64,000 bases of DNA from an uncultured Candidatus Saccharibacteria bacterium (GCA_964636215.1 CAZWRJ010000003.1:6743-70742); one strand, 5' to 3'; shown: positions 7,500 through 17,300, numbered from the stretch's first letter. Translations and numbers: made by a program. Notes: generated by a model from the letters alone, not told the origin.

Positions 7500-8666
7500 T
7501 TACCGTAGCTTTTCATCGAGTAATATTTGAGCCACCCGATGTGCTGCATCAGGAATAACTAGTTTCTTTAGGTTTTCGGCAAGCCTTTTTCTCAGATCTT
7601 TGTCATCTACCAATTTAGCAAGCTGAGCAAAGAGGCCTTGTTGTGAATCGTACAACTCGTTACCACCTACCACTATGGCAGCTCCTTGCTCTTTCAGCCG
7701 GTCAGCATTTTTTAGTTGATGGCCACCAGTTAAATATGCACTAGGGACCGCGATGCAGGCTTTGCCTTGGATACCAATCTCTGCCAAGGTATTAGCGCTA
7801 GCTCTAGCTACCACGATGTCAGCCGCCCCCATGTATTGATACATGGGATTTAGAAATTCCAACACTTTCAGCCTAGGATGGGTTTTATTCTCGTAGGCGC
7901 CTGCCTTACCCTTGCCCACCTGATGAACAACATTTACGTCAGTGTGCTCGTCCAAAAAAGAGCCGATACCGTTAGCAACAACCTCATTCAGCTCTCTTGC
8001 CCCGGAACTCCCACCTGTAATTAACACTATTAAACCGTCAGTGGGTAATGCTAGTTTGTGCTTGAATTCTAGCTCTGTTTCATTATCTACGTACTGGTAA
8101 TTCTGTTCGACTAACACACCGACAGCTTCCACCTTATCCGGTGGATAGGAGTAAAATTCCGGCGGCAACGCGGTAGCATGAAGGTTGGCCCAACGGCTAA
8201 CAATGCGATTGGCGAGTCCTGGTAAGGCATCTGAATCATGGGTAACTATTGGGATATGTCTGGTGGCCGCAGCTAGGCCGATAGGTACGCCGACGTAACC
8301 ACCTTTCAAAAAGACAATGTTAGGCTTCAGCTTACCGAGCAACCGCCAGGCTTGCACAAGTCCGATAGGCACTAAGAAAAAGTCTCTGATGTTTTTTAAG
8401 ATAGTCGGTAAATCAAATAATCTTTTGAGCCAAGATTCACCGTGGTAACGTCTGAATTTGCCAGCAAAAATACTGTAGCTTTCATCAATGTCCGGATTAT
8501 CTCTGGTAAGCTCAGCAAATTTACCATGCCTTTCACCAACATAGATCGTTTGACACTGACTATCAAGCCGTTTTAATTCATGGGCGACGGCTAGGATAGG
8601 CGTAATGTGGCCGCCGGTCCCGCCGCCAGTCAACAGCACTTTCACTGCTTTCCCCCTCTGGTTCAT
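7500..8666 (-). CDS. murG: UDP-GlcNAc:lipid I GlcNAc transferase
   Basis: TGGGTGGHITP, KGGYVG, HDSDALPGLANR, GGSSGA, HQLKNA; start may be GTG 8645. Confidence 0.95.
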   Translation of the reverse strand: MNQRGKAVKVLLTGGGTGGHITPILAVAHELKRLDSQCQTIYVGERHGKFAELTRDNPDIDESYSIFAGKFRRYHGESWLKRLFDLPTILKNIRDFFLVPIGLVQAWRLLGKLKPNIVFLKGGYVGVPIGLAAATRHIPIVTHDSDALPGLANRIVSRWANLHATALPPEFYSYPPDKVEAVGVLVEQNYQYVDNETELEFKHKLALPTDGLIVLITGGSSGARELNEVVANGIGSFLDEHTDVNVVHQVGKGKAGAYENKTHPRLKVLEFLNPMYQYMGAADIVVARASANTLAEIGIQGKACIAVPSAYLTGGHQLKNADRLKEQGAAIVVGGNELYDSQQGLFAQLAKLVDDKDLRKRLAENLKKLVIPDAAHRVAQILLDEKLR

Positions 8667-9825
8667 TATTTACCTCAAAAGTGGTGTGCCGTGAAATCTG
8701 AAACACCAACCCCAGTGCTGCTAAAACGAAAATAATACTAGTCCCTCCGTAACTTATAAACGGTAAGGTTATGCCCTTTAGTGGTAGTAAACCGAGCATA
8801 GCTCCGGTATTTATGATGGTTTGAGTGCTAAGCCAGGCCAAAACGCCTGCTACGATTAGCCTTGAAGCTCTGTCTGGGGCGCGCTCCATAATGCTTTTTA
8901 ATCTGATAAAGAAAGCAGTGAATAACCCAAGGAGTAAGCTTACGCCGAAGAATCCAAATTTTTCGGCAACTATGGCGAATATTGAATCGTTGGCAGCCTC
9001 TGGTAGATAGCCATAAGCCTCCACGCTATGTCCAAGGCCCTTACCAAACAAACCACCTGAGCCAACTGAAATCAAAGCCTGACAAGCCTGATAACCGCTA
9101 TTTAGGCAATCCTTTTCGGGATGCACAAAATTGAGCACACGTTCACGGCGATACCCAGGACCAGCAATAAGTAGTAGTACACCAGCTGCAGCAATAACTG
9201 CTCCTACTTGAAGGACCCTTTTCATTGGCAAGCCGGCAATAAAACTCATAGCCCCGATCATTACAGCTAGTACTGCTGCCGAACCAAAATCTTTCTGAGC
9301 AACTGCCACTACTATTCCCAAAACCCCTAGTAATATTAAGATTGGTTTTAGCGTACGATGAGAATCATTGATTATCCCCTGCTGAACCTTTTCGGCTAAG
9401 AAAAAAGCCAAACAAATAACCAGGGCGAATTTTACCAACTCGACAGACTGTAACGATAAGCCGCCGAAGCGAATCCAGCGGTGGGCCGGATAATCGACGG
9501 TTGTAGGTAAAATTAAAGCCACGGCGGTGGCTATCCCGGCCATCATGATCAAGGGACGCTGCAGACGTTTCCAGGTTGATAATGGGATACTAGCTACAAT
9601 AGTGAAAGCCACCAGTCCGATGGCAATAGCTATCAGTTGTTTTATAACAAAATAGTTGCTGTTAACTTGTTTCTGAATGGCCAGCCCGGGACTTATGGAA
9701 AAGATAACAATCAGCCCAATTACTAACAGCATGACCCCTATTAATACCAGTGTGTAATCTGGGCGGTGACGTCTTTGGCCGCTTCTATCGATATACTGTG
9801 GCTGGCGTCGTTTGGTATAGCTCAT
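8578..9825 (-). CDS. ftsW: SEDS peptidoglycan glycosyltransferase FtsW
   Basis: AHRWI, QSVELVK, YLPEAANDSIFA, GITLPFISYGGTS; ATG 9825 overlaps the mraY stop. Confidence 0.93.
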   Translation of the reverse strand: MSYTKRRQPQYIDRSGQRRHRPDYTLVLIGVMLLVIGLIVIFSISPGLAIQKQVNSNYFVIKQLIAIAIGLVAFTIVASIPLSTWKRLQRPLIMMAGIATAVALILPTTVDYPAHRWIRFGGLSLQSVELVKFALVICLAFFLAEKVQQGIINDSHRTLKPILILLGVLGIVVAVAQKDFGSAAVLAVMIGAMSFIAGLPMKRVLQVGAVIAAAGVLLLIAGPGYRRERVLNFVHPEKDCLNSGYQACQALISVGSGGLFGKGLGHSVEAYGYLPEAANDSIFAIVAEKFGFFGVSLLLGLFTAFFIRLKSIMERAPDRASRLIVAGVLAWLSTQTIINTGAMLGLLPLKGITLPFISYGGTSIIFVLAALGLVFQISRHTTFEVNNEPEGESSESAVDWRRDRRPHYAYPSRRP

Positions 9826-10865
9826 AGTTTTCTTTCTACGATGTACAGAACTAGCCCGAGCACACCGCAAACTTGACCGATAATCCAAAAGCGCATAGTG
9901 ACCTTTGTCTCCGGCCAACCAATGGCTTCAAAGTGATGATGAATTGGTGAGATGCGAAATATTTTTTTGCCGTGCCGGAGTTTTTTGGAAAGTATTTGTA
10001 GGACCACTGATCCAGCTTCAGCAACAAAAACAAAGCCAATAATCGGTAAAAGTACCATGGTATCGGTCAGCATTGCTACCACGCCTAGGGCTGTACCTAA
10101 CGCAAACGACCCAACATCTCCCATGAAAAAGCGGGCGGGAAAAATGTTAAACCAGGTATAACTTAGAAGCGCCCCAACAATACTCATACAAAAGGCCGCT
10201 ACACCGTAACGATGAGCGATGAAAGCGATAATAGTATAGATTCCAAAAGCTATAGCGGTTAGCCCTCCAGCTAGACCATCAAGGCCATCACTCATATTCA
10301 CGGCATTGGCTGAAGCCACCACAACTAGTACAAACAAAGGCACGATTAGCCAACCAATAGCCACTTGTCCAAGCCCAGGAATCAATATGTTATTAACATC
10401 TAGCTTAAAATAAAAGAATAGTCCGCCTATTAAAGCAATGGTCGTAATCAATGCTAGCTTGAGCTTGGAAGATAGACCAGCTACCCCCTTGCCTGAGCCA
10501 CGGATATTAATAACATCATCAAGTAGACCAACCCCACCGGCCCCGACAAACGCCGCCAGTGGCAACCAAGTCTCTGCGCGGCTGAGATTAAACACTAGCG
10601 TGGTTATACCGGCTGAGATAACAAAGATAATTCCGGCCATAGTTGGTATCAGACGACGATGCTTTTCGGCATGCAATTGATTAAAAACCTTGGCGGTCTC
10701 GCCTGTAACAGCAGTTTCGCGAGGCTTCTTCCACCACTCATAACGGTATGCCAGTGCCGTATATAGCGGAGTTATAAACATGCTCAGCGCGAAGCTGAGA
10801 CAACCGAGTAATAAAATCCGCGCCACGGTGCTGGTTTGGACTATGATTGTGAGGCTATTTTGCAT
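9822..10865 (-). CDS. mraY: phospho-MurNAc-pentapeptide transferase
   Basis: PTMAG, GLLDD, NAVNMSDGLDGL, FMGDVGS, PIHHHFE. Confidence 0.96.
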   Translation of the reverse strand: MQNSLTIIVQTSTVARILLLGCLSFALSMFITPLYTALAYRYEWWKKPRETAVTGETAKVFNQLHAEKHRRLIPTMAGIIFVISAGITTLVFNLSRAETWLPLAAFVGAGGVGLLDDVINIRGSGKGVAGLSSKLKLALITTIALIGGLFFYFKLDVNNILIPGLGQVAIGWLIVPLFVLVVVASANAVNMSDGLDGLAGGLTAIAFGIYTIIAFIAHRYGVAAFCMSIVGALLSYTWFNIFPARFFMGDVGSFALGTALGVVAMLTDTMVLLPIIGFVFVAEAGSVVLQILSKKLRHGKKIFRISPIHHHFEAIGWPETKVTMRFWIIGQVCGVLGLVLYIVERKL

Positions 10866-10887
10866 GAAATCTTTCTTTATTATACCG

Positions 10888-12663
10888 CTAGGTACGTGGA
10901 TTAACGCCAAAATTATTGATTAGCATATTTACCAAATGGCCGAAAATTGGTGCTGCTGCCTGAGACCCAGCATAGCCGGCGATATGTGGTTGATTGACTC
11001 TAACAACAATTATGTACTGTGGCTGATTACCACCTACAAAGCCGATGAACATACCATTGAAACGGTCTTCGTAATAACCACCAGCTGGATTGGCAATTTG
11101 CGCCGTGCCGGTCTTACCGCCAACAATAAAGGCTGGATTTGGTTTATCCATATGATAGATGTAGTAGTTTTTAGCAATTACATTTTGCATCAAACCAACC
11201 ATTTCGTGGCTAATATTACTCTTCACCACATCCCTGCGCACCACAGTTGGGGCTATCGATTCTTTATTTCCATCAGTATCAATATAGGCGTCAACCAATC
11301 TGGGCTGATAATAGGTGCCGCCGTTAACAACCGCTGCTAGAGCTGCACCAACTTGGAGCGGTGTCGCGGTCATTCCCTGTCCGAAAGCAGTATTGGCATA
11401 TTGAATGTTCAATCCGTAACCATGGGTTGGATCAGGAATTGTACCAGCAGCTTCATAACCTTGCTCAACACCGGTGGTTTTGCCTAGCTGATAGTGATCA
11501 ACCATATAACCATGCCACGCTTCGCGGGCCTGTTGGTTTATTTCCCCGCCGCCCATTTGCATCAGAAGCCAAGTCGCTCCGGTGTTTAGCGACAGTTGCA
11601 GGATGTCAGCTATGCTGCGGGTACCTGCCCCACCGTCTTCTTCAATGTTAGTTATAGTATAGTCATCGACTTTAAAATGACTGGGGTCGTAATAAGTAGT
11701 GTTAGCGTTGACCACTCCTTGGTCTAGGGCAGCTGCAGCCGTAAACGGCTTCATTACCGAACCGATTTCCAGCGGTGAACTGACCGTTGGATTGGTAAAC
11801 AAGTTGGCGTCGCTGACTTTAGCAAAATTAGCAGGACTATAGGTTGGATAATTGGCCATGGCCTTTATTGCTCCGGTATTGGCGTCTAGAATAAGTGCCC
11901 CACCCGATGATGAATCAGCTTGTTTGAGTCCAGCTCGCAAGATATCTTCCAGCTGCGATTGCATACCTAGATCTAGTGTTAGTAGTACGTCCTTACCTGG
12001 GATTGGATCAATATCGATATTATCTTCGTTGGCAGCTAGAGGCACCCCGCTGGCGTCAGTAATGGCTTTTAGTTGTCCTGGTGTGCCGCGCAAACTTTGG
12101 TCGAGAGCCTGTTCTACGCCGTATGTCCCTTGGCCGTCATCGTTAACAAACCCCAAGACCTGAGCCGCTAGATTGCCCTGGGGGTATGTTCGGTAGTTAC
12201 TTGGAGTGGTACCGACACCCTTAAGCTTAAGATCAGTTATGGCGTTACTCTTGTCTTTGGTAACTTGAGTTGCCAGGCGTTCGTAACGACTGTTTTGGGT
12301 CTCCATTTTGCCTTGATAATCGCTGGCATTACCACCTATAACCTTTTGAACCGCCAGGGCTTCAGTACTTGGGTCGGTTATAAGTCCTGGATCGGCAAAG
12401 ACAGTGTAGCGAACTTCATTGAGGACTAAAGGTGTTGTGCTGCCGTAGTTATGCGCTAAAATGGCTCCACGTTTAGCTGGTATAGAAGGAATATTTTTAA
12501 GCTGAAAAGCTAGTGCAGCTTGTTCGTAATAAGTGTGTTTAATGACCTGTAAGTAGAAGGCTCTGATTACTAATGTCGCAGCCGCCACCAGTAAAAAAGT
12601 GTGCCACAACCGGATGCGTTGCACACTTGACGTTAGCTTTTGGGTAGTCTGGGTCGGTCGCAT
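10888..12663 (-). CDS. ftsI: class B penicillin-binding protein (FtsI/PBP2 family)
   Basis: SVMK, SLN and KTGT transpeptidase motifs; dcw position. Confidence 0.9.
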   Translation of the reverse strand: MRPTQTTQKLTSSVQRIRLWHTFLLVAAATLVIRAFYLQVIKHTYYEQAALAFQLKNIPSIPAKRGAILAHNYGSTTPLVLNEVRYTVFADPGLITDPSTEALAVQKVIGGNASDYQGKMETQNSRYERLATQVTKDKSNAITDLKLKGVGTTPSNYRTYPQGNLAAQVLGFVNDDGQGTYGVEQALDQSLRGTPGQLKAITDASGVPLAANEDNIDIDPIPGKDVLLTLDLGMQSQLEDILRAGLKQADSSSGGALILDANTGAIKAMANYPTYSPANFAKVSDANLFTNPTVSSPLEIGSVMKPFTAAAALDQGVVNANTTYYDPSHFKVDDYTITNIEEDGGAGTRSIADILQLSLNTGATWLLMQMGGGEINQQAREAWHGYMVDHYQLGKTTGVEQGYEAAGTIPDPTHGYGLNIQYANTAFGQGMTATPLQVGAALAAVVNGGTYYQPRLVDAYIDTDGNKESIAPTVVRRDVVKSNISHEMVGLMQNVIAKNYYIYHMDKPNPAFIVGGKTGTAQIANPAGGYYEDRFNGMFIGFVGGNQPQYIIVVRVNQPHIAGYAGSQAAAPIFGHLVNMLINNFGVNPRT

Positions 12664-12685
12664 ATTGCCTTCTTAACGCACGTTG

Positions 12686-13033
12686 TTAGTTTTGGATAGT
12701 GGTCGATGGCGACAACGATACTAATTTGTTAGCAACATTGCTGTTTTTGACTCTATCCAGTGACTGCAAACGAGCCGCACTGACCTCTAGTTCGGAGTGT
12801 TGATCGGTAAGTTCAGTTTGATGTTGTTTGAGATCACTAATTTGATAGCTAAGCGCATTGGTTTTAGTTACCTGAGTTAGATAGAGCAAGCCTAGTAAAC
12901 AAGCCAGAACAATTAAGATAATGGTGTTACTGACTGGTCCAAGCGTTCGTTCCTTAGCGTTAAACCGAGTGGTATTTTGCTGTTTGGCCGCAAATCGCTG
13001 TCGACCTATAGCAATAGAGCTAGAATATGTCAT
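12686..13033 (-). CDS. ftsL: FtsL-like cell division protein
   Basis: TM followed by leucine coiled coil; located between rsmH and the PBP gene. Confidence 0.7.
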   Translation of the reverse strand: MTYSSSIAIGRQRFAAKQQNTTRFNAKERTLGPVSNTIILIVLACLLGLLYLTQVTKTNALSYQISDLKQHQTELTDQHSELEVSAARLQSLDRVKNSNVANKLVSLSPSTTIQN

Positions 13034-13195
13034 TTATTTTTTGTTTTGTTTATTTTGGTGTTTATTTTGGTGTCCAGCCCCTAAAAGAGGCTGGACAATT
13101 AAGGTCAAAGGACTTTGACGCGGACCTTATACGCGCGGGAGAGATTTTTTACCTGGATAGGCACTTCTTTCCCCTTTCTTGGCTGTAACGCATTT

Positions 13196-14197
13196 CTACG
13201 CTACCAACCTTTTTGTTTTTATTTTAACTGCGGCACGTAGCTTTGCACTACGAGCACGTGGATTAAAAGCAAGTTCAGCCTTGTCAGCTGTGACTGGTTT
13301 AGGAGTCAGCAGCTTGAGGATGGCGTCGTAGCGATTACCAGAGTATTCCTTCAGGAAGTTCTTCACTATTCGATCTTCCAGACTGTGAAAACTGATAATC
13401 ACTATTCGCCCTCCTGGAGCCAGCAATTCTAGCCAAATTGGCAACGAAGCACTTAACTGGTGCAATTCGTCATTCACCGCCAACCTGATGGCTTGGAAGC
13501 TACGGGTTGCCGGGTGAATTTTGTGCGCTGGCCCAGGCCAAGCGCGGGCAATGACGTTTGCAAGTCGAAGTGTCGACTGAATCGGCCGGTTTTCCACTAT
13601 CAACTGCGCAACCCTGTGGGCTTTCGGCTCTTCACCTAAGTCCCTTAGCAGCTTGGCTAGTTCAGCTTGACTATAGTTATTGACTATATCGTAAGCTGTT
13701 AGCTTTTGCCTAGGGTCCATGCGCATATCTAGTGGGCCGTCTAATTTCAGACTAAAGCCGCGACTCGCATTGTCAAAGTGCGGTGACGATACACCTAAAT
13801 CAACCAGGATTAAATCAAACCGTTCAGCTCTGTCGCGCAATTGTCGACTGGCACTCAGATAATCCTGGTGGATTATATTTATGCCTGGTTTATCAAAGCG
13901 TTTTTTAAGCTGTTCTATGGCTTGACGATCGCGATCAACAAGAGTTACTCGTTGGTGAGCTAAGGTGCGTCCGATAACCGCGGCTGAATGCCCTCCATAT
14001 CCGGCCGTCAGATCGAGGAAGGAATCCCCTTCTTTCGGATCAAGATATTCAAGCACCCGGTCAACTAGTACCGGAAGATGTTCGGTGGTCAACTTTTGCT
14101 TGTCTACTTTTTTATCAGTAGCTTTTATGCCAGATACCTGGCTAGGCGAGAGTTTACTACCGGAAGTTTGGTGGTGATTTGTTTTGGTGTTTTTCAT
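13196..14197 (-). CDS. rsmH: 16S rRNA m4C1402 methyltransferase
   Basis: HLPVL, DLTAGYGGHS, DLGVSS, PLDMRMD, ISFHSLEDR, NPRARSAKLR. Confidence 0.97.
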   Translation of the reverse strand: MKNTKTNHHQTSGSKLSPSQVSGIKATDKKVDKQKLTTEHLPVLVDRVLEYLDPKEGDSFLDLTAGYGGHSAAVIGRTLAHQRVTLVDRDRQAIEQLKKRFDKPGINIIHQDYLSASRQLRDRAERFDLILVDLGVSSPHFDNASRGFSLKLDGPLDMRMDPRQKLTAYDIVNNYSQAELAKLLRDLGEEPKAHRVAQLIVENRPIQSTLRLANVIARAWPGPAHKIHPATRSFQAIRLAVNDELHQLSASLPIWLELLAPGGRIVIISFHSLEDRIVKNFLKEYSGNRYDAILKLLTPKPVTADKAELAFNPRARSAKLRAAVKIKTKRLVA

Positions 14198-14502
14198 GCA
14201 AATGTTCTTTGCAAGGTCACCTATCTAGCAATCAACTTTTTGTTTTTTTGGTGTTTTTGTTTTTGTTATTGGTAAATGATATTAGAAGGAGTTTGTTAAG
14301 ATTTAAAAAATCTTAAAACTTCTGACCAATTACCAAAATTTGAGAGACTTATGTGTGAGGTGGAGTTTTGGGAGGTGTTTTTTAGATAATGTACTAGGGT
14401 TTTTAATGTGGTTGCCCTCAAACCACATGTTGATTGCCAGATAGCTAATCTCGAGTCGCTATCTTGGCCTAATGCCCAAGTTGTTAAGGTTCTTGTGATC
14501 TT

Positions 14503-14859
14503 TCAGACCGCTTGTATGCGCCAGTAACGTCCGGCTCTTACGGCTACGACGTCACGACTTATCCCCGCGTAATCCAGCAAGTGCTGCTCTATAGTTACCC
14601 TGCCCTGCTTGGTGTCAAGCACGGCTTCTGTTTTACCCATTCGGAATTTCACGTTCAGGTCAGCGGTATGCTCGTCCAAGATATTGCCTTGGAGGGAGCT
14701 CTCAACCTGTTCGTCCCAGACCGATTTGGGATATAGGTGCAGATATTGCTCGAATCCACGGGTCAGTACTACCCCGCTGGAAAACTCGTTTCGAAGCTCA
14801 GTCGGTATGGTTAACCGACGCTTGTCATCAAGCTTCCTCTCGAAGTAGTCTGTGGCCAT
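14503..14859 (-). CDS. mraZ: transcriptional regulator MraZ
   Basis: LDDKRRLTIP and LDTKQGRVTI AbrB-like repeats; first gene of the dcw cluster. Confidence 0.92.
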   Translation of the reverse strand: MATDYFERKLDDKRRLTIPTELRNEFSSGVVLTRGFEQYLHLYPKSVWDEQVESSLQGNILDEHTADLNVKFRMGKTEAVLDTKQGRVTIEQHLLDYAGISRDVVAVRAGRYWRIQAV

Positions 14860-14920
14860 CAGATCCTCTCTTAAATTGCAGTGGTTTTTGTTTGAGTGGT
14901 GGCAGACTTATTTTGGTCTA

Positions 14921-14972
14921 CCCACGCTTACCCACTAACATGAGTGTACAACCCACTCTTACCCACTGGCAA
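14921..14972 (-). promoter_or_regulatory. mraZ promoter with MraZ boxes
   Basis: Four GTGGG boxes (CCCAC at 14921, 14931, 14952, 14962; 10-bp period within each pair) overlapping TTGCCA - 18 nt - TACACT. Confidence 0.8.
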
Positions 14973-14986
14973 GTAGATAATAAGAA

Positions 14987-15011
14987 AACTGCCCTGTTTT
15001 CACGGGCAGTT
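14987..15011 (-). terminator. intrinsic terminator
   Basis: AACTGCCC/GGGCAGTT stem followed by a U-rich tract on the minus strand. Confidence 0.55.
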
Positions 15012-15046
15012 ATCCACAGTTTTATAATATTTCGAACTTATGCACA
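15010..15046 (+). promoter_or_regulatory. DnaA boxes upstream of mraZ
   Basis: Perfect TTATCCACA 15010-15018 and TTATGCACA 15038-15046. Confidence 0.55.
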
Positions 15047-15077
15047 ATATATGGTGTGTGTGTTACCTTTTGCCACA

Positions 15078-15437
15078 CTATTCACCATTGTTCTGTGCAG
15101 CGTCTTCTGGCGGAGTTTGTGAATTGTGTTGCGTGGTAGTTGGTGCGGTCTTTGAATCAGTACCATCAGATGCACTGACTTCGTCTTGCCCAGTAATCGG
15201 GTGTGATTCAGCACCCCTGTCAGTCGCTTCTTTGAGATTTGTATGCATAGCTACACTAGCAGCCGTTAACCCAGCCGCTAGCATTAAGGCTTGCCCAGTT
15301 CGTCTTAATACTTGTCGGCCTCCCTGGCGGCGGACTTCATGATCGGGCATAAATCTAGCAGCTTCACCAACACGATGTTCGCCAGCATCATATAGAATTC
15401 TTTGAGTCAGGTTATTGTTAATGGGGTTTTTTGACAT
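15078..15437 (-). CDS. hypothetical protein with one hydrophobic segment
   Basis: 119-aa ORF with a -10-like box just upstream and a polar low-complexity tail. Confidence 0.55.
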   Translation of the reverse strand: MSKNPINNNLTQRILYDAGEHRVGEAARFMPDHEVRRQGGRQVLRRTGQALMLAAGLTAASVAMHTNLKEATDRGAESHPITGQDEVSASDGTDSKTAPTTTQHNSQTPPEDAAQNNGE

Positions 15438-15483
15438 GACAATATAATAGCAAACATTAGCGTAATTGTCAAGTTTACGCGTC

Positions 15484-16059
15484 TTATACTTTTTCGGGGC
15501 GTTTTTTGTGGTCGTGGTAAGCTAGAACTCGTCGATCTTTGTCTAAGCGATCAATGTAACTATCATAACGGTTGAACAGTTTAGAGTAGTAGCCTGATGG
15601 AGTCAGGATTTTTAGCAGACGTTGGTTTTCTTCTAGATACTCTAGTAGGCTGTAAAAATCACCGTCACCAGAAACAATTATAGCCTTACTGTAGTTAGGT
15701 AATTCTTTCATGGCCCACAGTACCAAGTCGGCGTCTATATTACCTTTAACTGGTTTCTCATCTTCTTTTTTAACGGGTTTCTTATCTGAGGCTTCTATCC
15801 GTGGCTTAGTCATATCGTAAGTTGGCTTCAGGACAATCATGTAGCCGCTCTGGTGCAGTTGTTCATACATGGCTTCAAATTCCGGCACGTAGCCAATGAA
15901 CATGAAAGCTTTAGTAACACCGTACTTGTCCGCCAGGTAACTACGGAACTTCTGCCAGTTCATTTTCCAGCCGAGTTTCTGGGTACTGACATTCAGATTT
16001 TGACTGTCAATAAAGGCATAGACTTGGTCGGGCTTAGCTGGATCCATTCCACCCATCAT
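15484..16059 (-). CDS. NYN/LabA (PIN-like) domain protein
   Basis: AFIDSQNL, KGNIDADL, IVSGDGDF. Confidence 0.88.
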   Translation of the reverse strand: MMGGMDPAKPDQVYAFIDSQNLNVSTQKLGWKMNWQKFRSYLADKYGVTKAFMFIGYVPEFEAMYEQLHQSGYMIVLKPTYDMTKPRIEASDKKPVKKEDEKPVKGNIDADLVLWAMKELPNYSKAIIVSGDGDFYSLLEYLEENQRLLKILTPSGYYSKLFNRYDSYIDRLDKDRRVLAYHDHKKRPEKV

Positions 16060-16098
16060 AACACCAATCGCTTTCTGTCAATGTCGGTTGACGAAAAA

Positions 16099-16494
16099 TT
16101 ACATCGAGTTGACAACATTCAGGATGTTGCCGCTGGGATCTTTGAACCAAATGGCTTTGAGATCGCCCATAACATGTATATCGCCTTGCATGGTGACATT
16201 AGGGATTGAGTCATAGTGTTCTAGCGTTACACCTTTAGATTTTAGCTCTGTAGCCACACCCTCAACATCTTCAGCCATCCAAGCAGCAGCCGTGGCTTGG
16301 TTGGTGCCAGCTGAACTTGATTGATAAACAAACACGGCACCGTTGCCGCTTTTGTAAACCACTCCCCCATCTGGCGTTTCTTTATCGACTTTTAATCCTA
16401 GTGTTTGTTCATAAAATTTACGTGCTTCGGCCATATCCTTCACAGCCAGACAACCACATACACTCTTGTCTCCAAGCATTATTTTGCCCTCCAT
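16099..16494 (-). CDS. VOC/glyoxalase family protein
   Basis: AVKDMAEARKFYEQTLGL, WFKDPSGNIL. Confidence 0.9.
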   Translation of the reverse strand: MEGKIMLGDKSVCGCLAVKDMAEARKFYEQTLGLKVDKETPDGGVVYKSGNGAVFVYQSSSAGTNQATAAAWMAEDVEGVATELKSKGVTLEHYDSIPNVTMQGDIHVMGDLKAIWFKDPSGNILNVVNSM

Positions 16495-16552
16495 TAATTG
16501 GTATTTTCATTATACGCTTGTTAGGTTTGGTTAGTTTGTCAGTTTATATTTT

Positions 16553-17125
16553 CTACTTCAGAATTTCTTCAACAAGTTCTGGGAACTCTTCTGTCTTCAT
16601 GTCTTCAATACAAAAATGTCCGTAATTATGAAATTCTTTGTATTTAATTCCAGGGACTTTATCAATAATAATTTTTGTAGTTTTTTGAACACTTTCCTGG
16701 TCATTATCCGAGTTAAATATAGTTATGCCTGCTGTTCGACTTACTAGTTTAGGATCAATTTCAAAATCATCAAAAAAGTTTTTTGTGTATTTGTTGCCTG
16801 GATCAAGCCACGGTGCGACCAGCACAACCTTTTCAACTTTTAGCTCCGGATGAATACTCAGGTACTTTACAAAAAAGCCCGCTCCAGTACTGTGGCCTAC
16901 TAAAATTGTTTCCGGTCCAAGCTCAAAACGTTCCACTTCTCTGGTCCAGGTTTTCCAATTGCGGTCATATGCATGTGGCACTTCCGGTGTATACGCATCG
17001 ATTTCGTTTATTAGCAACTGTTTTTGTAACCAAGGAAACCAATGTGAATTAGATGCACTAGGATATTTCGGATCATAGTATTCTTCCTTGCCAGGACCAC
17101 CATGTAATAAAATCGCTGTTTTCAT
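16553..17125 (-). CDS. RBBP9/YdeN family alpha/beta hydrolase
   Basis: ILLHG, HWFPWL, VGHSTG, SDND, GHF. Confidence 0.88.
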   Translation of the reverse strand: MKTAILLHGGPGKEEYYDPKYPSASNSHWFPWLQKQLLINEIDAYTPEVPHAYDRNWKTWTREVERFELGPETILVGHSTGAGFFVKYLSIHPELKVEKVVLVAPWLDPGNKYTKNFFDDFEIDPKLVSRTAGITIFNSDNDQESVQKTTKIIIDKVPGIKYKEFHNYGHFCIEDMKTEEFPELVEEILK

Positions 17126-17152
17126 CTAGCCTCAATCATAACACTTTATGAA

Positions 17153-17274
17153 TTGAAAATTTCGGATGTAAGCATATAATTAGGTATGGATGTAGGTTCA
17201 GCGGGATCATCAAGATTCGTCCAATGCGGTTACTCCATAAACAATATTAATTGTTTATGGGAGACCGCTTTTTT
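17153..17274 (+). promoter_or_regulatory. promoter and leader with a premature terminator upstream of the HD gene
   Basis: TTGAAA - 16 nt - TATAAT (17153-17180); long hairpin 17226-17268 followed by T6. Confidence 0.6.
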
Positions 17275-17300
17275 GTTTCTCACAAAGGAAAGGACGTATT

